From: Geopsychrobacteraceae bacterium
GTDB taxonomy: Bacteria; Desulfobacterota; Desulfuromonadia; Desulfuromonadales; Geopsychrobacteraceae
Assembly (NCBI GenBank): GCA_963662315.1
Contig: OY759353.1
Coordinates: forward strand, 1,568,001 to 1,632,000
Reading direction: 5' to 3'
Length of the DNA: 64,000 nt
Each line of letters starts with the position of its first letter. Position 1 is the stretch's first letter. A program made the position numbers and the translations under genes. Shown here in pieces: positions 1 to 9,734 of this stretch. The notes under the pieces were generated by a model. It saw only the letters and a program-made list of their open reading frames with translations. It was not told the DNA's origin and ran no database searches.

Positions 1-2
1 AA

Positions 3-224
3 GTCAAAAAGGCGCTTGATGAAGCAACCGCCTATGGTAACAAAATTTCAGAGAAGAAAGCCGTCGAGGACCGCCAGAAGATCATTGATTCTAACCGTGC
101 TGAAATAATTGAATTGACTCCAGCTGAGCGCAAGCAATGGGTTGAAGCCATGAAACCTGTCTGGGCCGAGTTTGAGAACCAGATTGGCAAAGAATATATC
201 GAAGCGGCAGCCGCATCCAATTAA
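3..224 (+). CDS. dctP: TRAP transporter substrate-binding protein DctP, C-terminal part (runs in from the window edge)
   Basis: Manual translation VKKALDEATAYGNKISEKKAVEDRQKIIDSNRAEIIELTPAERKQWVEAMKPVWAEFENQIGKEYIEAAAASN*. Typical DctP C-terminus, directly upstream of dctQ/dctM. Not in the ORF track. Confidence 0.85.
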   Translation, partial: VKKALDEATAYGNKISEKKAVEDRQKIIDSNRAEIIELTPAERKQWVEAMKPVWAEFENQIGKEYIEAAAASN

Positions 225-238
225 GTAATCCTTTATCC

Positions 239-271
239 CTTGCGGGCCCGGCCTGGAGGTGGGCCCGCAAG
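239..271 (+). other. GC-rich intercistronic hairpin between dctP and dctQ
   Basis: CTTGCGGGCCC...GGGCCCGCAAG 11-bp inverted repeat with no U-tract. Such hairpins often stabilise the binding-protein part of the mRNA (inference). Confidence 0.6.
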
Positions 272-305
272 AATGTTCAGCAACCACTGTCCCGAGGTCT
301 GACCT

Positions 306-863
306 ATGTTTATTAAAGTAATCAACCGGCTCGAGGAAACCGTTATATCGACCCTCCTGGCCAGTATGACTCTGCTTGTATTTATTGAAGTGGTGATGCG
401 TTATGTATTCAATATCGGACTAATGTGGGCCGAAGAGCTAACGCTTTACCTGTCTGCCTGGATGGTGCTCTTCGGTGTGTCCTACGGGATCAAAGTCGGT
501 TCGCATATCGGCGTTGACGCGGCCATCAAGCTCCTCCCCTCCTTCTGGCAAAGGGCGATCAGTGGCGTAGCCGTCATGGCATGTCTGGTTTATTGCGCCT
601 TGTTTATCAACGGTTCCTGGACTTACCTCAGGAAGCTCTACAGAATAGGCATTGAGCTCAATGACCTGCCGATACCCAAATGGATTGGACAGAGCATCCT
701 TTTGATCGGCATGGTTTTGATCGCAATCCGACTGGCTATTCTGCTGTGGGCCATCATTGTCGGCAAAGCGGAAGGATTTCAACTGGCAGACGAGGCTAAA
801 GAGAGTATGCATTTAGCAGAAGAAGCCGTTGCCAAAGCCAATCAGGGAGGGACATCAGCATGA
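306..863 (+). CDS. dctQ: TRAP transporter small permease DctQ
   Basis: 185 aa with 4 hydrophobic segments; VVMRYVFN...WAEEL and GSHIGVD motifs. Confidence 0.92.
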   Translation: MFIKVINRLEETVISTLLASMTLLVFIEVVMRYVFNIGLMWAEELTLYLSAWMVLFGVSYGIKVGSHIGVDAAIKLLPSFWQRAISGVAVMACLVYCALFINGSWTYLRKLYRIGIELNDLPIPKWIGQSILLIGMVLIAIRLAILLWAIIVGKAEGFQLADEAKESMHLAEEAVAKANQGGTSA

Positions 864-2262
864 CAACCGCTGCCCTTTTCATCATCTTACTGTTATGCCT
901 TCTTACCGGCATGCCGATAGCCTTCGCCCTGGGTTTATCGAGCATTACCACGATTCTCTTGTTTTCCAGCGATTCTCTGGCTTCCATCGCCTTGAAACTT
1001 TTCAGTACCCAGTCTGAACATTACACCCTGCTGGCCATTCCATTTTTTATTTTATCATCAGCCTTTCTGTCTACCGGTGGAGTGGCGACTCGGATCATCA
1101 ATTTCGCCATTGACTGCGTCGGCTGGATTCGCGGGGGACTGGCAATGGCCTCAGTACTGGCCTGCATGATTTTTGCAGCAGTATCTGGCTCTTCACCGGC
1201 AACGGTTGCAGCCATTGGTTCTATTGTCATCGTCGGCATGGTCAAGGCCGGCTATCCGGAAAAAATGGCCGCCGGGGTAATCACCAACGCCGGGACACTG
1301 GGTATCCTGATTCCTCCCTCTATCGTCATGCTGGTATATTCTGCCGCCACGGAAGAATCCGCTGCCAGACTTTTTATGGCCGGGTTGATTCCCGGGATCG
1401 TGATGGGCTGCATGCTGATGCTGGTTATTTACATTGTCGCCCGCATCAACAAACTTCCGGCCCAACCCTGGATGGGCTTCAAGAATCTGGCACGCTCCAG
1501 CGCCAGCGCCGGCTGGGGCCTGATGATGATCATTATTGTTCTGGGCTCGATCTATGGCGGGGTTGCCAGCCCTACCGAAGCGGCGGCAATTTCGGCGGTA
1601 TATGCTTATTTCATAGCAATTTTCATCTATCGAGACATGGGACCACTAAAAGGAGTCCGTGGAAAGCCTCTCAAAACGAGTCATACCTTGTCAGTCTCGG
1701 TCGCAATCTGGTTCTGATGCTCACAGCCCTGCCGAAATCGATATTTCACCCGGATACTCATAAGGTATTTCGTGATGCCTCCAAGGTGTCCATCATGCTA
1801 CTGTTTATCATCGGCAACGCCATGCTGTTTGCTCACGTATTGACAACTGAGAGGATTCCACATCATCTGGCTGAAATAATTGTTGGCTGGGGATTGCCAA
1901 CCTGGGGATTCCTGATCGTCGTCAATATCCTACTGCTGATCGCAGGCAACTTTATGGAACCATCCGCCATACTGTTAATTATGGCCCCGATTCTATTTCC
2001 GATTGCCGTCAAACTCGGAATAGACCCGATCCATCTGGGTATTATTATGGTCGTCAACATGGAGATCGGTATGATTACCCCACCGGTCGGCCTGAATCTC
2101 TTTGTTACCGCGGGTATTACCGGGCACAGTATCGGCTGGGTCATCAGGGCGGCCCTCCCCTGGCTGATGATCCTGCTGGTCTTCCTGGCGCTGGTTACCT
2201 ATATCCCCCAGATATCCCTGTTCCTGCCGGAATATATTGACTATCTCAGAGGATACAAATAA
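860..2262 (+). pseudogene. dctM: TRAP transporter large permease DctM, split by a 1-nt frameshift near 1657 (ORFs 860-1717 and 1717-2262)
   Basis: GTLGILIPPS, SPTEAA and GMITPPVGLNLF motifs are spread over two ORFs. Adding one C at GTCCGTGG (1655-1662) gives a continuous 467-aa protein. This could be a sequencing error. Confidence 0.8.
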
Positions 2263-2288
2263 AATTGGCTTTCAAACATGAAAACCTC

Positions 2289-2315
2289 ACGGGATGCTCA
2301 GGCATCCCGTTTTTT
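2289..2315 (+). terminator. Rho-independent terminator of dctPQM
   Basis: ACGGGATGC-TCAG-GCATCCCGT followed by a T-run. Confidence 0.85.
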
Positions 2316-2492
2316 ATGCAACACCATTGCCTGTCTGCTATTTATATTCTTTGGCAAAACTAAATCAGGTTCTTATTTACCGCCACTCTGCTTGTGGTCA
2401 GATTAAAAATCAAGGAACTGGCGATAGAGTTTTTCAGTCACTGGTATCACTCAATGAAGCATAAGAAATATCATGCAGGGCGCTAAAATATT

Positions 2493-2969
2493 ATGGACAA
2501 AAATGACATTATTCAGCTGATTCTCGCAAAACTGGAAGACGACTATCAGATGTTCATGCGCGCAGCTAAGACTGCGCATGAAGCAGCGACTCATTCGGAG
2601 AACATTCCAGACAACAAATACGACACCCTCGCCCTGGAATCGTCATACATAGCGCAAGGCCAAGCGAATCGCGCCCTGGAGATTAAAAATGCGATTGCCT
2701 TGCTTAAGCAATTACCGCTAAAAAAATTTTCTATTGATGATTCGATTCGCTTGACAGCACTCATTGAAATTGAATCAAAAGACGGGACTGTCCGGCATTT
2801 TTTTCTCGCCCCTGTTGCCGGAGGCATGACGGTTCAAATCCAAGGCAACGAGGTCCGAATCGTTACACCAGATTCGCCTGTGGGCAAAGCTCTGCTTGGT
2901 TGCCAAACTGGCGACAATGTGCAACTAGGACATATATGTCAGGAATCCGAAATCATTTCCGTTTATTAA
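2493..2969 (+). CDS. GreA/GreB-family elongation-factor-like protein
   Basis: N-terminal helical hairpin (ATHSENIPDNKYDTLALESSY) and C-terminal Gre domain (IVTPDSPVGKALLGCQTGD). Confidence 0.8.
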   Translation: MDKNDIIQLILAKLEDDYQMFMRAAKTAHEAATHSENIPDNKYDTLALESSYIAQGQANRALEIKNAIALLKQLPLKKFSIDDSIRLTALIEIESKDGTVRHFFLAPVAGGMTVQIQGNEVRIVTPDSPVGKALLGCQTGDNVQLGHICQESEIISVY

Positions 2970-3022
2970 TCAACTCTGCCTCACCCGACGATTCTCCCTT
3001 TATGTAAATTGGTATTGACCCA

Positions 3023-3423
3023 ATTCGGATCAGTTATGGCCAGAAAGTTAGTTTTTCTGCCTATTCCAGCCCTGCGGAGTGTCCCTGGGACAATCTCGGA
3101 GTCGATATCGTCATCTAGTCGCCAGGAAAAGTTCGTAGCGTCGAAGCATTGAACCCATATTGCAACAAGGGAGTCCAAAAGTTTTTTTGTTGATGCGCCC
3201 CGTATCCACAGCCAGCGGCAATCACACTGACTTCCCCTGAACTTAAAGGGAAACTGAATGGTCACGCGATCAGGGTGCCGCTTTTGACCGGGGTTTTAAC
3301 AGATGTCGTCTTTGAAATGAAAGAATAAGTCACGGCAGAGCAGGTTAATGCCCTTTTCGATGGGCTGCCGCCGGCGACCTGAAAGGGATTCTCGGGATTG
3401 AGCATCGTCCGCTGGTGTTCATC
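3023..3423 (+). pseudogene. Decayed fragment of an ArsJ-associated-type glyceraldehyde-3-phosphate dehydrogenase
   Basis: Manual translation: SFSAYSSPAECPWDNLGVDIVI*SPGKVRSVEALNPYCNKGVQK ... [46 protein letters not shown] / AAAGDLKGILGIEHRPLV. Stops at 3116 and 3326, frameshifts, and an internal deletion. Confidence 0.85.
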
Positions 3424-3447
3424 CTGCAAACTTGGTCAGCGGACAGT

Positions 3448-5151
3448 TCAGGAACACAGTCCGCAGCGTCTGCACCCCGGCTGGCAGGGAGGTGTCAGTT
3501 GACCATTAAGCGCACGTTGATACTCTGTCCACAGATAAGCTTTCGGCATCCCCTGGTCAATAATTTCCCACGGGAACAACTCATTTTGACTGCGCGTTCT
3601 TGTGACATAATGAGCGACATCCAACCCGTACTTTTTAACGATCTGCCGGAGATTGCCACCTTCGGCAAGGGCAGGCAGCAGCATGGCAATCCGTCGATCC
3701 CCCCTGGACAGAAACGCCTGCAACGTGGCTGCTCGCAGCGATTCATGATTGAACCGCGTGTTCGGTATTTTACTGACCGCTGACTGCAGTGTCCGGATCG
3801 TTTTCTTAAGAGAATTCTCCTCGGCCATAGGCGCCCACTGCAACGGTGTAAACGGTTTGGGGATAAACGGATTGACACTCAGAATCACCGTTCCGACCCG
3901 CCCTTTTTCGCTGCCGACCGCGCGCCAGATGGTAACGATCTTACTGACCAGGTCGGCAATGGCAGCCACATCTTCAGGCGACTCTCCAGGCAGACCGATC
4001 AGAAAATACAACTTTAAATTGATAATTCCCCCTTCGGCAAGCAACCTGACCGCGCGAAGAATGATGGCCTCATCGATCCCCTTATTGATCAGGTCGCGCA
4101 TGCGCTGACTACCCGCTTCAGGGGCAATGGCAACGGTTTTATGGCCGCTGGCGTGAAGCCTGCTGATGTCCTGTGCGGTCAATGCGTCCATGCGTAGACT
4201 GGCAACAGATACCTCTCCACCACGCGCCAAGATTCCTTCTTGCAGTAAACCGATTTTTGAATAATCAGCAACTGCAGCCGCGACAAGTCCGATACGCTTT
4301 CTCTGGCACAAGCCTTTATCTACCTGGCTGAGCAGAATATTCAAACTACGCTCACGTGGTGGTTGATAAACATATCCGGCAGCACAAAACCGGCAACCAT
4401 GGCTACAACCACGCGACACTTCGGTTAAGGCCATCGTGCCGAACTCTGTAGCTTCTGTCTGAACAAAATTACGACTTTCCGAACTGTCAAGATCGGCTAA
4501 ATATTGGCGTCTTATTGTTTTGGGCACACTGTTATCTGAGTGAATAGCCTCAAGCGTTCCTTCAGCTGTATATTCAGGGCGGTAAAAGGAAGGAACATAA
4601 ATTCCTGCGACCTCTGACAACTGAACAAGCTTAGCCTGTTTACTGTGCGACTTTTCATGGAGAATAGAGATCAGGTCTGCGAGCAGCGGCTCTGCTTCAC
4701 CGATCGCAATAATATCAACCAGCGGGGCGAGGGGCTCCGGATTTATAAAGGCACAAACTCCACCCAATAGAACCAAAGGATCCGTTTCGCTGCGATCTTC
4801 TGAAAAAAGGGGCAGACCTGCCAACGTAAATATTTTTGGGATATTGAGATAATCGTTTTCAAATGAAACGGAAAAAGCGACCACATCGAATTCAGTTAAA
4901 GAACTGTTATTCTCAATACTTGTCAACGGTCCGGTTGAATCGGCTTCAGGAAGAAAAAACCGTTCACAGAGAGTATCGTTGCGCTGATTTAACAGGTGAT
5001 AAACCGTCTGAAACCCAAGATTACTCATTCCCTGATAGTAATGATTGGGATAAACAAGAGCAACGTGCAGGCGGTCTTCGATCCAATCATGGACAATCGC
5101 GCCAGTTTCATGAGCATAGAGGGTTGCAGTTTTGGGTCTTTTAGATTTCAT
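3448..5151 (-). CDS. B12-binding-like/radical SAM protein (TIGR03960-like)
   Basis: YPNHYYQGMSNLG N-terminal motif, CSHGCRFC radical SAM motif, APEAGSQRMR, C-terminal CxxxCxxCGxC. Confidence 0.85.
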   Translation of the reverse strand: MKSKRPKTATLYAHETGAIVHDWIEDRLHVALVYPNHYYQGMSNLGFQTVYHLLNQRNDTLCERFFLPEADSTGPLTSIENNSSLTEFDVVAFSVSFENDYLNIPKIFTLAGLPLFSEDRSETDPLVLLGGVCAFINPEPLAPLVDIIAIGEAEPLLADLISILHEKSHSKQAKLVQLSEVAGIYVPSFYRPEYTAEGTLEAIHSDNSVPKTIRRQYLADLDSSESRNFVQTEATEFGTMALTEVSRGCSHGCRFCAAGYVYQPPRERSLNILLSQVDKGLCQRKRIGLVAAAVADYSKIGLLQEGILARGGEVSVASLRMDALTAQDISRLHASGHKTVAIAPEAGSQRMRDLINKGIDEAIILRAVRLLAEGGIINLKLYFLIGLPGESPEDVAAIADLVSKIVTIWRAVGSEKGRVGTVILSVNPFIPKPFTPLQWAPMAEENSLKKTIRTLQSAVSKIPNTRFNHESLRAATLQAFLSRGDRRIAMLLPALAEGGNLRQIVKKYGLDVAHYVTRTRSQNELFPWEIIDQGMPKAYLWTEYQRALNGQLTPPCQPGCRRCGLCS

Positions 5152-5190
5152 ACCTGAACATTTACCACAGGTCTTAATCCAAGTGGACTA

Positions 5191-5220
5191 AAAAGAAAAA
5201 GGGGCCACTATGGCCCCTTT
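5191..5220 (-). terminator. Rho-independent terminator downstream of ftsZ
   Basis: AAAGGGGCCA-CTA-TGGCCCCTTT stem with a U-tract on the minus strand. Confidence 0.8.
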
Positions 5221-5362
5221 GACGAGGGAGTCGTCGGGAGTACATTACAATGTACAGTACGCTGTACATCTGCCGGGCGGAGAACCGGCGTTCATGACAA
5301 AATCAATACAATTGAACACACCAGCCAAACTGACTGTGAAAATAATGACCTGCTTAAGAATA

Positions 5363-6550
5363 TTAGTCGACCCGACGGCGCAGGAATGTCGGAATGTCAA
5401 ACTGCTCATCGTCAACGAACATATCGCGTGATTGACTGGATGAAACGTCTCTGCTTCTCCGGCCATAGGGCTGACTGATCGGTTGAGACTGATTACGAAT
5501 ATGGGTCGGAACATCAAAATCTACCTTGTTGCTGGCTTGGGCAAGCATATGCGCCCGCTGTTCAATGATGTCAGTCACTTTTTTATCTTCCTGAGCATCG
5601 CCAAAACCTGTCGCAATCGCAGTGATTTTGATCTTATCACCAAGATTTTCATCGATAACAAGACCAACAATAATATTGGCGTCTTCGTGAACTTTCTCGT
5701 GGATGATGGTGGAAGCTTCTTCAAACTCTTCCATGGTCATATTTGAAGAACCTGAGATATTAACCAGAACACCCATGGCTCCTGAAATATCAACCTCTTC
5801 AAGCAATGGGCTGCTGATGGCACTATGGGCTGCCTCGGCAGCGCGCCGTTCTCCTTCAGCCATACCGATGCCCATCATGGCCATGCCTCGGTTACTCATG
5901 ACGGTTCTGACATCGGCAAAGTCAACGTTGATCAATCCTTCAGTTGTAATCAGATCTGAAATGCCCTGTACTGCCTGGCGCAGGACATCATCAGCAGGCT
6001 TGAAAGCATCGAGAATACTCATATTCTTGCCAGCGAGACCAAGCAGACGATCATTAGGAATAACCACCAAAGAATCAACAACTTCACGCAACTCGGCAAT
6101 GCCTTCATCTGCCCGCAGCATGCGCTGCTTCCCTTCCCGGGTAAATGGCTTGGTAACCACGCCGACAGTGAGGGCTCCGGCCTGCTTTGCAGCCTTAGCC
6201 ACGACAGGTGCGGCACCGGTACCGGTCCCGCCACCCATACCGGCAGCGACAAAAATCATATCAGCGCCCGTGAACATCTCGACCATGCGTGCCAGATCTT
6301 CTTCCGCAGCCTGACGTCCGATCTCCGGGTTGGCCCCGGCCCCAAGCCCTTTGGTCAGGCTGGCACCGAGTTGAATTTTCATGGATGCTTCACTTTTCCG
6401 CAGCGCCTGAGCATCGGTATTGGCGACAAAGAACTCGACACCATCAACCTGGCAACGAATCATTGTATTCACGGCGTTGCCACCGCCACCACCGACTCCA
6501 ATAACCTTGATTTTAGCAACCTGGTCCAGATGCTCTTCGAACTGAAACAT
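5363..6550 (-). CDS. ftsZ: Cell division protein FtsZ
   Basis: [17 protein letters not shown] tubulin signature, C-terminal DIPTFLRR. Start placed at ATG 6550 behind a GAGGGAG SD; an alternative ATG is at 6571. Confidence 0.98.
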   Translation of the reverse strand: MFQFEEHLDQVAKIKVIGVGGGGGNAVNTMIRCQVDGVEFFVANTDAQALRKSEASMKIQLGASLTKGLGAGANPEIGRQAAEEDLARMVEMFTGADMIFVAAGMGGGTGTGAAPVVAKAAKQAGALTVGVVTKPFTREGKQRMLRADEGIAELREVVDSLVVIPNDRLLGLAGKNMSILDAFKPADDVLRQAVQGISDLITTEGLINVDFADVRTVMSNRGMAMMGIGMAEGERRAAEAAHSAISSPLLEEVDISGAMGVLVNISGSSNMTMEEFEEASTIIHEKVHEDANIIVGLVIDENLGDKIKITAIATGFGDAQEDKKVTDIIEQRAHMLAQASNKVDFDVPTHIRNQSQPISQPYGRRSRDVSSSQSRDMFVDDEQFDIPTFLRRRVD

Positions 6551-6641
6551 GACTCCCTCTTGATTAGGCATAATGCCCTCCCCTTGTCCGCGCTGATGAC
6601 TTCTCCGCGATGTCAAAAGCTATATGAGTTAAAGTTACTAT

Positions 6642-6670
6642 AAGTTACCAAAATTTAGCATATTTTACAA
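6642..6670 (-). promoter_or_regulatory. Putative internal sigma70 promoter for ftsZ
   Basis: TTGTAA-17 nt-TAACTT with an extended -10 TG, in the AT-rich ftsA-ftsZ spacer. Confidence 0.45.
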
Positions 6671-6692
6671 GTAATTATATAATAATTAAGTA

Positions 6693-7922
6693 TCAGAAAA
6701 ATTCACCAAACCAATCTTTCATCCGCTTGGTAAGTCGTTCAAAAATATTCTCATCACCTACCTTGAAAGACTGGACTTTGGTGTTCATGCTGCCATACTT
6801 GACCAGACCCACGGCAGTTGCGTAAATAGGTGAATTTACAACATCTACCAGGCCACCGATATTTAACGGCTTGCCCCGTCTTACCGGCAGGTTAAAGACC
6901 TGCTCTGCTAGTTCCGGCATGCCGGGTAAAATAGCACTGCCTCCGGTAATGACCACACCGGAAGCAATCAGATCGCCATAGCCGCTCTTGATCAATTCAC
7001 GGTTCACCAGGGAAAAGATTTCTTCCACACGTGGTTCCAGGATTTCTGCAAGTAACTGGCGCGACAGAATACGGGGTTCACGCCCCCCCACTGAAGGAAC
7101 TTCAATGGTTTCATCTTTACCGACCATCGAGGTCAGACAACACCCGTAAGCCTGCTTGATCTTTTCAGCTTCCGCCATCGGAGTGCGTAACCCGACGGCG
7201 ATGTCGTTGGTCAGATGATCGCCACCAATGGACAATACAGACGTATGCTTGATAGCCCCTTCCGAGAAGATGGCAATGTCCGAAGTTCCACCACCGATAT
7301 CAACCAGCGCAACACCCAGCTCTTTTTCATCAGGCGAGAGCACCGCTTCACTGCTGGCCAATTGTTCCAGTACGATGTCTGCGACATCCGTTCCAGCTCG
7401 GTTACAGCTTTTTACAATGTTCTGGGCGCTGGCTACGGCACCGGTGACTATGTGAACTTTTGCTTCAAGACGAACACCGCTCATTCCCAGAGGTTCGCGG
7501 ATGCCATCCTGATCATCAATGATGAATTCCTGTGGCAGGATGTGCAGCACTTCGCGATCCATCGGAATGGCAATCGCCTTTGCCGCATCAATAACCCGCT
7601 GCAGATCTTCAGTGCTCACTTCTCGGTTCTTAATGGCGATCACTCCCTGAGAGTTCATCCCCTTGATGTGACCACCAGCGATTCCGGCATAGACAGATTT
7701 GATTTCACAGCCAGCCATCAACTCGGCTTCCCGAATCGCTTTTTGAATCGCGGTTACGGTACTTTCGATATTGATGACAACACCCTTACGCAGTCCTTTA
7801 GACGGACTGGTCCCGATGCCAACAATCTCGAGCCCCTCTTCCGTTAGGTGACCGACAATACAGCATATTTTTGTGGTCCCGATATCGAGGCCAACAATCA
7901 GATTTTCAGATTTTCTGCTCAT
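6693..7922 (-). CDS. ftsA: Cell division protein FtsA
   Basis: GLDIGTTKI and VDIGGGTSD actin-like ATPase motifs, C-terminal amphipathic KDWFGEFF. Confidence 0.98.
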   Translation of the reverse strand: MSRKSENLIVGLDIGTTKICCIVGHLTEEGLEIVGIGTSPSKGLRKGVVINIESTVTAIQKAIREAELMAGCEIKSVYAGIAGGHIKGMNSQGVIAIKNREVSTEDLQRVIDAAKAIAIPMDREVLHILPQEFIIDDQDGIREPLGMSGVRLEAKVHIVTGAVASAQNIVKSCNRAGTDVADIVLEQLASSEAVLSPDEKELGVALVDIGGGTSDIAIFSEGAIKHTSVLSIGGDHLTNDIAVGLRTPMAEAEKIKQAYGCCLTSMVGKDETIEVPSVGGREPRILSRQLLAEILEPRVEEIFSLVNRELIKSGYGDLIASGVVITGGSAILPGMPELAEQVFNLPVRRGKPLNIGGLVDVVNSPIYATAVGLVKYGSMNTKVQSFKVGDENIFERLTKRMKDWFGEFF

Positions 7923-7937
7923 GACACCCCCTTGGTA

Positions 7938-8786
7938 TCAGCTCTTGGCCGTTTTGAGCGACCGTTCAATTCTCACGATAACTTTTTCATCAACATTCAA
8001 ATCGATATAATCAAGCATGTTAAATTTTGGCTGTAGCTTACTGTAAATTTTTTCCAGGCGACTGATCTTATTGGCGAATCCGTCCCAGCCGAGGCGAATT
8101 TCCACGCCACCGCTCAGGGTAAACAGGGTCAGCCCACCTTCATTATTCTGATGAATTTCCGAAACCTGGTTCAGGTTGAGAATTTGATGTCCCTTCAATT
8201 CATCAATTAAACTCACGATGGTTTTTAATTTTTTGACATACTTTGGATCATGGGCCTGGGCTTTTTCATAATCGAAACCGGTAATAACCGGATAGTCCAG
8301 ACTGTCATTAGCATCCAGAACCTTGAATATCTCCCCCTGTTGATCAATATAGTACAGATACCCCAGGTTAATGATTGCGACCGGCTCTCTTTCAACTACG
8401 GTAATCAGCACCTTGCGGGGAAAAATGCGCTGCACACTGGCCACCTCAACCCAAGGGTTTTCTTCGATCTTGTGCCCGATCATATTGAGATCAAGATGAA
8501 AGGTATTAACTCCATACTCGATATCAGACAGAGCGATGGTCTGAACTGTGGTTAAGCGTGTATTTCCCACAACCTCAACCTGATCGATACGAAACAGGTC
8601 CGAGGCCATCATAAACTGCACGACAAAAAAACTGCCCACGACAATCAGAATTGCGCTGAAGACGGCAACAAATATCTTTAAAGACCGATGAAGTATCGCC
8701 CTGAAGTTGATCTTTTTCGATACATTCAGGGACTTATTCCCTCGCACTTTTTTAGTTTTCTGGTTATGCCGCTTCAAGTCATGCAT
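7938..8786 (-). CDS. ftsQ: Cell division protein FtsQ/DivIB
   Basis: Single TM, POTRA domain (PWVEVASVQRIFP...EREP), YIDL motif; lies between ddl and ftsA. Confidence 0.92.
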   Translation of the reverse strand: MHDLKRHNQKTKKVRGNKSLNVSKKINFRAILHRSLKIFVAVFSAILIVVGSFFVVQFMMASDLFRIDQVEVVGNTRLTTVQTIALSDIEYGVNTFHLDLNMIGHKIEENPWVEVASVQRIFPRKVLITVVEREPVAIINLGYLYYIDQQGEIFKVLDANDSLDYPVITGFDYEKAQAHDPKYVKKLKTIVSLIDELKGHQILNLNQVSEIHQNNEGGLTLFTLSGGVEIRLGWDGFANKISRLEKIYSKLQPKFNMLDYIDLNVDEKVIVRIERSLKTAKS

Positions 8787-8798
8787 CGTGTCGTTACC

Positions 8799-9734
8799 CT
8801 ATTTATCAAGGTCCGCATCAAGCAGAATTTTTTCAACCAGTTCGGCAAATGAGTATCCATATTCACCAGCAGCCTTGGGTAACAGGCTGGTTTCTGTCAT
8901 TCCGGGGATGGTATTGACTTCAATACAGAAATAGCTGTCCCCCCTGACCATAAAATCAACCCGTGCAGCGCCCCGGCATCCTAGCGCCAGACATACTTTT
9001 TCTGCAGCTGCCTGCACGTTGACATAAGTGTCTTCGGCAACTGGAGCCGGTAATAAATATTGGGTATCTCCGCTCAAATATTTAGCCTGATAATCATAGA
9101 AACCGCTTTTCGGTACAATCTTGATAATCGGCAGGGCGACACCATTGAGAACAGAAACCGTTAACTCATCACCAGCAATAAATTCTTCAACCAACACACT
9201 GCCATCAAGTTCGGCCGCCTGGCTGATTCCGCGTTCTAGAGCGGCCTGATCGTTAGCAATCGTAATACCGATAGTCGAGCCTTCCCGGGATGGCTTTACC
9301 ACTGCGGGTAAATCGGTCCAGCGCTTGAGCAGACTTCTCGCATCTTCTCCCGGGCGGACAAAGTCAAATCTGGGCGTTGGCACCTGATGAAACATCAGCA
9401 ACTGCTTGGTCAGCACTTTATCAATAGCGATGGCCGAGGCAGCTACACCACTTCCGGTGTAAGGGATGCCAAGCATCTCAAGCAAGCCCTGGACCCGGCC
9501 ATCTTCACCAAAACGACCATGCAACGCAATAAAAGCCACCTCTGCATTGACCGCTTTGAGCTGAGCAGGCAAATCCTGTCCGACATCGACGGCGACCGCG
9601 TCATAACCCATCTGTTGTAATGCGATTAAGGCCGCCGTTCCGGTTTTCAGGGAGATATCACGCTCAGCCGACAACCCTCCCATGAGGACGGCAATTTTGC
9701 GGGCCAGCATTGTTTCACGACTGAAACAGGTCAC
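8799..9734 (-). CDS. ddl: D-alanine--D-alanine ligase
   Basis: [37 protein letters not shown]. The GTG start overlaps the murC stop. Confidence 0.97.
   Translation of the reverse strand: MTCFSRETMLARKIAVLMGGLSAERDISLKTGTAALIALQQMGYDAVAVDVGQDLPAQLKAVNAEVAFIALHGRFGEDGRVQGLLEMLGIPYTGSGVAASAIAIDKVLTKQLLMFHQVPTPRFDFVRPGEDARSLLKRWTDLPAVVKPSREGSTIGITIANDQAALERGISQAAELDGSVLVEEFIAGDELTVSVLNGVALPIIKIVPKSGFYDYQAKYLSGDTQYLLPAPVAEDTYVNVQAAAEKVCLALGCRGAARVDFMVRGDSYFCIEVNTIPGMTETSLLPKAAGEYGYSFAELVEKILLDADLDK

Noticed and set aside
1645..1660. Programmed -1 frameshift in dctM
   Set aside because: No canonical X XXY YYZ slippery heptamer in frame and no obvious stimulatory structure.
2981..3265. 94-aa minus-strand ORF
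   Set aside because: Antisense shadow of the gapdh pseudogene, with no recognisable motifs.
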